From: a virus
Lineage: Duplodnaviria; Caudoviricetes
Strand: one strand, 5' to 3'
Virus record (IMG/VR): IMGVR_UViG_3300009548_000008
Span: 1-53,352 of that record
Length of the DNA stretch: 53,352 nucleotides
Positions 47,106 to 53,352 of the stretch are shown here, piece by piece. Below the pieces are notes generated by a model. The model ran no database searches, had not been told where the DNA came from, and worked only from the letters and a program-made list of their open reading frames with translations. The translations under genes and the position numbers were made by a program. The first letter of the stretch is position 1, and each line of letters starts with the position of its first letter.

Positions 47106-48385
47106 GTGTACCTGCAGAGGAGCGGCCGGTAGTTGTCGATATGTTCTGCGGCAGCGGGGGAGAGAGCCAAGGAATAGACTGGTCAGCGAAGAAAGCCGGC
47201 GTAAAAATCGACATGTTTGCGATCAATCACTGGGAGCGTGCTATTGAAACCCACCGGGCCAATTTCCCAAGCGCGGAACACATCTGCCGAGATGTGCAGG
47301 ATATTAACCCTTCGGACCTGGTGCCGGGCCGGAAGGTTGCGCTCCTATGGTCTTCCCCTGCCTGCACGCATTTCTCCGTTGCCCGCGGAGGGAAACCGTG
47401 CGATGACCAAAGCCGGGTAACTCCCTTCACGGTCCTGGACTGGCTGGATAAACTCACCGTAGACCGCGTTATCATCGAGAACGTGCCGGAGTTCCGGTCG
47501 TGGGGCCCTCTTGATAAGGAGACGCACCGGCCGATATCCGATCTCAAGGGACAGACCTTTGAAGCATTCTTGGGAATGATACGGAGCATGGGCTATACGG
47601 TAGATTACCAAGTCCTTAACGCCGCCGATTACGGTGCCCCGACGACGCGCCGCCGGCTGTTCATTCAGGCCGTGCGAGCCGGGAGCGGGAAATCAATTCT
47701 CTGGCCGGAAGCGACGCACACCAAGCCGAGCACCCAAGCCCGGATCCCCGCGGAAAAGACAAAACCGTGGGTACCGGCAAGCGAGATTATCGATTGGACG
47801 CTTCCCACGCAGATCATTGACGAGAGATCAAAACCTCTCGCCGCAAACACCATGAAACGAATCTTCCGGGGAATCGAAAAATACTGGGGGGACTATGCAA
47901 AGCCGTTTCTGGTGCGCTACAATGGCGGGGAAAACCGGATCCACTCGGTAGATGATCCGCTCCCCGTTTTGGACACCTCGAACCGGTACGGGCTGGTACA
48001 GCCCTTTATCCCCCAACATTCCTGCGGGGAAGTGCGCCCAACGACCGGCCCGCTTTCAACGGTTGCGACAAGGGGTGCAATCGGTCTGGTTGAACCGTTA
48101 ATCATGGAGTATTACGGCAACGGGAAATGCCAGCCGGTATCAAAACCGATCCCGACTCTCTCCACACGGGACCGGTTCGCCCTTATCACTCCGGAAAATG
48201 TCCGGATCGGGTTCAGGATGCTCAAACCTCACGAGCTTGCGGCAGCGCAGAGTTTCCCGAAGGAATATATCTTTACCGGAAATCGCGGTGAAATTGTCAA
48301 GCAGATCGGCAACGCAGTATGCCCGAAAATGGCCGAGGCCCTGACTGCAAACTACATGAAGGAACTGGCCGTGGCACTTGTATGA
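47102..48385 (+). CDS. C5 cytosine DNA methyltransferase
   Basis: DMFCGSGG (I), SPACT (IV), IENVPEF (VI), RRRLF (VIII), AQSFP (IX), QIGNAV (X). Confidence 0.92.
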   Translation: MSVPAEERPVVVDMFCGSGGESQGIDWSAKKAGVKIDMFAINHWERAIETHRANFPSAEHICRDVQDINPSDLVPGRKVALLWSSPACTHFSVARGGKPCDDQSRVTPFTVLDWLDKLTVDRVIIENVPEFRSWGPLDKETHRPISDLKGQTFEAFLGMIRSMGYTVDYQVLNAADYGAPTTRRRLFIQAVRAGSGKSILWPEATHTKPSTQARIPAEKTKPWVPASEIIDWTLPTQIIDERSKPLAANTMKRIFRGIEKYWGDYAKPFLVRYNGGENRIHSVDDPLPVLDTSNRYGLVQPFIPQHSCGEVRPTTGPLSTVATRGAIGLVEPLIMEYYGNGKCQPVSKPIPTLSTRDRFALITPENVRIGFRMLKPHELAAAQSFPKEYIFTGNRGEIVKQIGNAVCPKMAEALTANYMKELAVALV

Positions 48386-48469
48386 GCATCGTGTGTGCCT
48401 CCTGCGGATTCCCCCACATTGGCACAATAAATAAAAACTTATAAATACTTTCACGATCAATACGGTATT

Positions 48470-48860
48470 GTCGGGGTGAGCGAAGGAGAACCTTCAAGCA
48501 GCAACTCCCGCGGGAGATCGCGGGCAGGGCACGATTAAAGGCGGCATCCTTGGTGTCCTGTGGGTAAACAAGCAAACATGTCCGAAGACGGCTTGAACTT
48601 TGAGCAGTCTTCCGGCGCCGTTATGATTCCGGGTTTTTACGGTTGAGCGCCGCGAGAGCCAAGATCCGCAGAAGGACAGAGCCGAGCAGGAATGCCGGCA
48701 CGAGCACGCCCTGAAGAGGGCCACTTAATTGTAAACCCTTTTATGATGAAATAAAGCCGGCGCAGCGGGGATCGAGATACTTACGCGAACTCTTTATGAT
48801 CCCGTTGGCCGGCGTTTCCTTACAAAGAGGCGAAAAAAGAGTACCGGCAGGATGCCGGTA
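48470..48860 (+). ncRNA. Candidate structured non-coding RNA or long structured leader
   Basis: No + strand ORF of 60 aa or more; TTATAAATA at 48439-48447; multiple stems. Confidence 0.4.
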
Positions 48861-48891
48861 AGAGTGATGTGATTTATGAGGTGATCTGATT

Positions 48892-49260
48892 ATGCAAACA
48901 TTTGATGAGTATTCTCGACAGTGTAGCGTAGGGTGTGAATGCGCGAGTGTATTTCATTGGCGGGAATGGTGTAAAGAGATTCCTGCATTAGAATTTCCCC
49001 CGCAATGGAAAATTAAGGTTATCCCCCCGTTTGGTGGAGCCTTAATCCGGTTCGTGGTTGTTTCGGAGTTCCGAGAGGTGTCTGTATATCTTGATGGATA
49101 TGATCAACTCGGATGCATGGATAAAAAACCGTACTGGGAAATATACCCCGGATCTGGAGAATCTGGAGATTCAGATAGGTTTTGGATGGCAGAAACTACC
49201 GAACTTATCGCTGGAATCCAAAAATCCATTGATAAAATGAAACCAAAGGATGTATTATAA
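48892..49260 (+). CDS. Hypothetical protein
   Basis: GAGGTGA RBS. Confidence 0.65.
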   Translation: MQTFDEYSRQCSVGCECASVFHWREWCKEIPALEFPPQWKIKVIPPFGGALIRFVVVSEFREVSVYLDGYDQLGCMDKKPYWEIYPGSGESGDSDRFWMAETTELIAGIQKSIDKMKPKDVL

Positions 49261-49514
49261 TGTTCGACCTTGAAAAAGCAGAACGGGATATGAACGCCGC
49301 ACTAGATACCGAGCAGTGCGCCGGGTGCGAGGCCGTACAGATCTGTACCCGCTGGAATCCTAATGGAAGTTGGGATTATCGAAAAGGTGTTTCACCGTGC
49401 CGGCCAGTACCTGTCTTTGATTGCCCTCCAGATGCAGCGAAACGGGATTGCCAAGGCTGTAAGCGTACTGCGCTATGCAAAGCTGATATGCACCGGTCCG
49501 TAGCTATCCGGTAA
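49260..49514 (+). CDS. Cys-rich hypothetical protein
   Basis: TAATG coupling; CxxC motifs. Confidence 0.55.
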   Translation: MFDLEKAERDMNAALDTEQCAGCEAVQICTRWNPNGSWDYRKGVSPCRPVPVFDCPPDAAKRDCQGCKRTALCKADMHRSVAIR

Positions 49515-49666
49515 CGCCAGATCCGGATCGAAGAGATTCCAACCCCAAAAACAAATCGGATGCATATCATAATCCATGATGAAATGAAAAATCCGGTATC
49601 CAAAATCATCGATGCAGACGCAGAACAAGACGCGCGCAGACATGCGTATAGATTACGGAGCGAGAA

Positions 49667-49909
49667 ATGAAGATCTGTACTATTTGTGGGAACATGATTT
49701 CCCCTCATCCGATGCACCGTGATATCGGCGACATTTGTGCAGACTGTAAAAACGAAATGTTTGCACCTTTCGGTTTGACGTTCGATCTCGATCCAACAAC
49801 CGATCACGGGCGTCCTAAACTGAAAGGCAAGCACATGATCGTGACAAAATCACCGGAACAAAAGGAGATCGAACAAAGAAGAAAGAACCGAAGGACTGCA
49901 GGATGGTAA
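49667..49909 (+). CDS. Zinc-finger hypothetical protein
   Basis: CTICG...ICADC; GGAG RBS. Confidence 0.55.
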   Translation: MKICTICGNMISPHPMHRDIGDICADCKNEMFAPFGLTFDLDPTTDHGRPKLKGKHMIVTKSPEQKEIEQRRKNRRTAGW

Positions 49910-49910
49910 A

Positions 49911-50390
49911 ATGACCCTCGTTGATCAGTATTACGGTGAAGAAGCGCAGGCGTCTCAACGTAAAGACTTCGACACCGAGAGCCTGGAGCGGGATTTCAAA
50001 CGGGCGCAGGAAGACAAAGCCCTGATCGAGAAGTTCATCCGGATCACTCGGGAGCAATTCGAGCGAGCAAAAGCAACGCCGCACAAGACATACGTGGAGT
50101 TCCGGAAAGAGCACAATTATTCATCCGGTCACATCAATTACCGGATCCGGGTCTATGCCCTCCCGGATATCCCGGACGCCCAGCACAACGCCCGGGAGCT
50201 GATAATACAGTGCCCCGAGCTGGATGGCTATCACAAGGAGAAAGGCACCTATAACAACCCCTTTCTGGGCAATGAGAAAAAGGCGGCGGTGGAATTCGCG
50301 CAGACAATTATTGCCAAGTTTCCCGGGTGTGAAGTTGTCGGGAACGCGGCGGATCTCATCCCCAAGAAAAAGGAAGTTATCAAGGTATAA
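49911..50390 (+). CDS. Hypothetical protein
   Basis: ORF in run. Confidence 0.6.
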   Translation: MTLVDQYYGEEAQASQRKDFDTESLERDFKRAQEDKALIEKFIRITREQFERAKATPHKTYVEFRKEHNYSSGHINYRIRVYALPDIPDAQHNARELIIQCPELDGYHKEKGTYNNPFLGNEKKAAVEFAQTIIAKFPGCEVVGNAADLIPKKKEVIKV

Positions 50391-50392
50391 CC

Positions 50393-50902
50393 ATGCTTGA
50401 AAAAGGAGAAGTTGAAACGCTGCCGGCTGAAGTAAAGACCGTGCAGATCGGGGCCGTGATCGATTACGTCACGGGATGCCCCGCGGACCGCGTACTGACC
50501 AACATAACGCTCATTGATGATGCCATGGAGGAGATCCAGACCGCTATCCAGCAGCACGTCGGGCTCCTTGCCAAACAGCGCGAGCAGTTGCTTGAGCGGG
50601 CAAAAGCCGAGGGAATTAAGGAGGACGGCAGCGCTCTCCTCGTGGAGAAACTCAGCAAGAAGAACCGGAACAAGATTGAGAATCTCGAGGCGTTTACGCG
50701 GATGTTCCCCGACGGCGTCAGGGAGATCCGGATGGAGCAGCAGAAAGAACTCGAACGCAAACACGCTAAGGCCCTCAAGGTGCTGCGCGACAGCCCGATC
50801 ACGCTCGGGATGGCCGACAATATCATCGGGGAGAAGGAGGTTACGGCCTTCGTGGGATTCCAACCGCAGACGATCTCGTATCAGGTCGTGAAGCGGAGGT
50901 GA
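50393..50902 (+). CDS. Coiled-coil hypothetical protein
   Basis: AAGGT RBS; helical. Confidence 0.6.
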   Translation: MLEKGEVETLPAEVKTVQIGAVIDYVTGCPADRVLTNITLIDDAMEEIQTAIQQHVGLLAKQREQLLERAKAEGIKEDGSALLVEKLSKKNRNKIENLEAFTRMFPDGVREIRMEQQKELERKHAKALKVLRDSPITLGMADNIIGEKEVTAFVGFQPQTISYQVVKRR

Positions 50903-50908
50903 GGGGGC

Positions 50909-51079
50909 ATGAATCGAAGATTAGGACTCGATCTGGGATACATCTTGTTAGGTGCGGGGCTTGCTTCGTTGGTACTGAAACCCCTTTTCGGCGCATCGTT
51001 TACGCCCCTTGAGCAGACAATTGTGTTTTGTGCTGCCGCGATCTGCCTGTCTATCGGTGCTTTGGGTTGTGAGAAATAA
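50909..51079 (+). CDS. Small 2-TM membrane protein
   Basis: MNRRLGLDLGYILLGAGLASLVL...IVFCAAAICLSIGALG; GGTGAGG RBS. Confidence 0.55.
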   Translation: MNRRLGLDLGYILLGAGLASLVLKPLFGASFTPLEQTIVFCAAAICLSIGALGCEK

Positions 51080-51080
51080 C

Positions 51081-51557
51081 ATGCCCCAAAAACCCTTTAT
51101 TTTCCTGTCTCCAAGAGTGGATTGCGGATCGGGTAACTTTCAGCCTCGCCTCGACACGTCGGCTTTTCTAAACCGGTCCGCACACATCTTTTCAGGCAGA
51201 ATTTTTCGAGGTGTAAAAACGAAGAAAATTCTATGGGTCAGCAGACACTCACCACAACCTGCCCAGATTGAAGCATTGAACAAAGCATTTCCCAACGATG
51301 AAATCAAGATCGTCCGTCATAAGGGCGCAGTCTGGGAAGGCTCGCATCTGCTCAAGTTGGTCAAAAAAGGTCAGTACGACGAGGTTGTACTGGTTGCCCC
51401 TCCTGACGTTTTCGCCTATGTGGTATCATATGGGATACCTGTCATACGCGCCGTCATGGCAAGGGGGAAGGGAAGAAGTTACGAGTTCCTCCGTTTCGAG
51501 AGGGTTATCGAAGCAAAGTTCAGGACAGTACCATTATTGGAGGACAAAATTAGATGA
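51081..51557 (+). CDS. Small Rossmann-like protein resembling Csx16/Csx20-type ring nucleases (start uncertain: ATG 51081 or ACG 51219)
   Basis: KILWVSRHSPQPAQIEAL...YDEVVLVAPPDV...IPVIRA...FLRFER. Confidence 0.4.
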   Translation: MPQKPFIFLSPRVDCGSGNFQPRLDTSAFLNRSAHIFSGRIFRGVKTKKILWVSRHSPQPAQIEALNKAFPNDEIKIVRHKGAVWEGSHLLKLVKKGQYDEVVLVAPPDVFAYVVSYGIPVIRAVMARGKGRSYEFLRFERVIEAKFRTVPLLEDKIR

Positions 51558-52006
51558 AAGAAATTCCGCTATCTCAAGGAAAAGTTGCTCTTGTTGATGA
51601 CGAGGAATATGGGCGCCTCTCTCAAAATAAATGGTACGCTCGCAAAAGTCGTAATACATACTACGCTTCGCGCATGTCCCCTCATATTAATGGAAAACGT
51701 CACCAAATCCAGATGCATCGGGTAATTATGATGCCCCAAAATGGCATGGAAACTGACCACATCAATGGCAATGGTCTTGACAACCGTCGGGGTAACTTGA
51801 GACTAGTGTCTATCCGTGAAAACGCTCAGAATAGGCATGAACAGAAAACCTCAAAATTTGTTGGAGTACATTGGGTTTCTTCACGAAAGAAATGGGAGGC
51901 TCAAATCCACTTCAATAAAAAAGGATATAATCTCGGGCAATACCCCGAAGAAGAAACCGCAGCAACAGTGTATGCGGTAGCGTATGAAGTATTGAACACG
52001 AGGTAA
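51554..52006 (+). CDS. HNH-AP2 homing endonuclease
   Basis: IPLSQGKVALVDDE, MHRVI, DHINGNGLDNRRGNLR, SKFVGV..KKWEAQI..LGQY..EE.AA..Y. Confidence 0.9.
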   Translation: MKEIPLSQGKVALVDDEEYGRLSQNKWYARKSRNTYYASRMSPHINGKRHQIQMHRVIMMPQNGMETDHINGNGLDNRRGNLRLVSIRENAQNRHEQKTSKFVGVHWVSSRKKWEAQIHFNKKGYNLGQYPEEETAATVYAVAYEVLNTR

Positions 52007-52011
52007 ACGTT

Positions 52012-52155
52012 ATGAAAGGCAAAATCAAGGAAATACGGATTGCAGGTGATTGCGACGGTTGCGAAGTTGTCACCCTGCATGTTGAGCTCGAAGGGGATCT
52101 TCCCCGGGAACTAAGCATTGGGGATGAGGTTGATATCTCATTACCCGGGCGGTAA
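52012..52155 (+). CDS. Small hypothetical protein
   Basis: GAGGT RBS; MKGKIKEIRIAGDCDGC... Confidence 0.5.
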   Translation: MKGKIKEIRIAGDCDGCEVVTLHVELEGDLPRELSIGDEVDISLPGR

Positions 52156-52158
52156 ATT

Positions 52159-52566
52159 ATGAAGTTCATATTCTTCCCCATCCCGGATCCGGAAGGTGGA
52201 TCAGACAATATTGTTACGCGGTTCTGCGACAACCCCGCGATCCGCGTCAAGAAGGTCGATTTCATCCCAGCATCTCAAGACGGGATGTACCTCAAGGCCG
52301 CCCGGCTCATAGTAGCGTACGAATCACTTTCCGACGAGGAGCAGCAACAGCGGGCCGCCCGGTACGAGAGCATCACGCTCAAGCGGCTTGCAAAGACCGC
52401 CCGGTCCCTGTGGGAGCAGCCGGGATATATGACGTTAAAGAGCGACGCCACCCGGGTCCTGCACATCCAGGCCTTTTGCGGCGTGAGCAAAGAGGAGGCC
52501 GAGACCATCACGGATCTCATCAAGATCCCCCATGTGATCGAGAAACTGCTGGAGGGCGAGCCATGA
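52159..52566 (+). CDS. Hypothetical protein
   Basis: ORF in run. Confidence 0.55.
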   Translation: MKFIFFPIPDPEGGSDNIVTRFCDNPAIRVKKVDFIPASQDGMYLKAARLIVAYESLSDEEQQQRAARYESITLKRLAKTARSLWEQPGYMTLKSDATRVLHIQAFCGVSKEEAETITDLIKIPHVIEKLLEGEP

Positions 52567-52721
52567 GAAACGCCGTTCAACTCTATATCGACCCCGCAGT
52601 TTTTGATTTCGCAAATAACCCGGATGCATTATCTCAGGCGTTTACGGTATTCAAAAACGGCGGATCTGTTGGCCGCAGGAATGCCGTTCCGATTGTGATC
52701 GTTGATCAAAGAGAGGGATAA
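52563..52721 (+). CDS. Small hypothetical protein
   Basis: GGAGG RBS; ATGA overlap. Confidence 0.45.
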   Translation: MRNAVQLYIDPAVFDFANNPDALSQAFTVFKNGGSVGRRNAVPIVIVDQREG

Positions 52722-52722
52722 T

Positions 52723-52857
52723 ATGCCCCGCAAAAAGACCAGCGCCTCATACAACTGCGCTCGTGGCTGGGTCCGGTATCTCGTCAGGGACAAGGGGTAC
52801 ACGCCCGAAGAAGCGGCCGAAGAGGTCCGGAACGAACAGTGGTCGATTAACTGGTGA
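52723..52857 (+). CDS. Small hypothetical protein
   Basis: GAGGG RBS; MPRKKTSASYNCARGWVRYLV... Confidence 0.45.
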   Translation: MPRKKTSASYNCARGWVRYLVRDKGYTPEEAAEEVRNEQWSINW

Positions 52858-52862
52858 ACACC

Positions 52863-53240
52863 ATGGAGAAAAAACAATTTGTAAAAGTGCTGCCGAACAA
52901 CGAGATCGAGCTGCACGGTGCTGATGAGACATACCAATGCCCCATCAGCGAAATTGCTGAGATGGAGATCTGTTTCGATGATGGAATGGGATTCGGATGG
53001 ATTGATGGAGACTGCAAAAAAGTTCCATCAAAACCGCAGAGGTGGATCTTGATAGTGATGATCGGACGGAACCCCGAGAGAAAACGCATATTGTTCATCG
53101 CTTCATCAGAAATGGATGCTGAAGGGTACCGTTTAATGATCAACCAGATCCGCCATGCAAGTTTCACTCTATCTGTGAGCCCCCCATCAGAATCATGGTT
53201 TGCGAGGGTTTTACGGAGTATAAAAGCGAAGGTGCACTAA
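52863..53240 (+). CDS. Hypothetical protein, possibly PH-like
   Basis: GGTGA RBS. Confidence 0.55.
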   Translation: MEKKQFVKVLPNNEIELHGADETYQCPISEIAEMEICFDDGMGFGWIDGDCKKVPSKPQRWILIVMIGRNPERKRILFIASSEMDAEGYRLMINQIRHASFTLSVSPPSESWFARVLRSIKAKVH

Positions 53241-53247
53241 ATCATGG
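53230..53247 (+). repeat. 18-bp direct repeat, copy 2
   Basis: Identical to 169-186. Confidence 0.85.
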
Positions 53248-53352
53248 CTCAAAAATTATGGAAATCCTTAAAATTTAAGGATGAAAAAATCGTGTCGGAT
53301 TATGACAAGTCCGAATGGATCGTAGGAGAATACAGGAAGACTCCATACCCGG
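53244..53352 (+). CDS. N-terminal part of a gene running off the window, probably the same Ala-rich protein as nt 3-179
   Basis: MAQKLWKSLKFKDEKIVSDYDKSEWIVGEYRKTPYP..., open to the end. Confidence 0.6.
   Translation, partial: MAQKLWKSLKFKDEKIVSDYDKSEWIVGEYRKTPYP

Noticed and set aside
1-53352. Integrase/att sites, DNA polymerase, primase, tail sheath, tRNA, inteins in MCM or TerL
   Set aside because: No supporting motifs seen; MCM and TerL are of normal length without insertions.

Overview
The window looks like a near-complete genome of a tailed (siphovirus-like, Caudoviricetes) archaeal virus. The host is most likely a Methanomicrobiales methanogen, based on the archaeal MCM, an Hjc-type resolvase, TATA/BRE-like promoters, GGAGG/GAGGTG ribosome-binding sites and PKD-type surface proteins. 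All credible genes lie on the + strand. Gene order: early/accessory genes (HD hydrolase, DUF5131 protein, Hjc, micro-ORFs); terminase small and large subunits; portal; inserted accessory genes; a GATase-MuF fusion; a secreted LamG-PKD protein; protease/scaffold; head decoration; Mu gpT-like major capsid protein; neck, tail tube, chaperone with a probable +1 frameshift, tape measure, baseplate and fibres; a holin-like protein and papain-like peptidase; a non-coding control region; RHH regulators, IbrA fragment and IbrB; MCM; HNH, ASCH and methyltransferases; a second structured non-coding region; small early genes. The two window ends appear to be the N- and C-terminal parts of one Ala-rich gene, which implies a circular or terminally redundant genome broken at a GCC repeat. 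I found no integrase, DNA polymerase, primase, tail sheath, tRNA or cas genes. Most notable: (1) a solitary 37-nt methanogen-type CRISPR repeat (41000-41036) next to a palindrome-preceded RHH gene, a candidate RNA anti-CRISPR or CRISPR-hijacking module; (2) a candidate Csx16/Csx20-like ring nuclease; (3) signal-peptide-bearing, sequon-rich tail-fibre-like and adhesin proteins in a tailed virus; (4) a glutamine amidotransferase fused to the MuF head protein; (5) a TCC-TTT-C +1 frameshift in the tail chaperone. All family assignments come from motif recognition by eye, not database searches.
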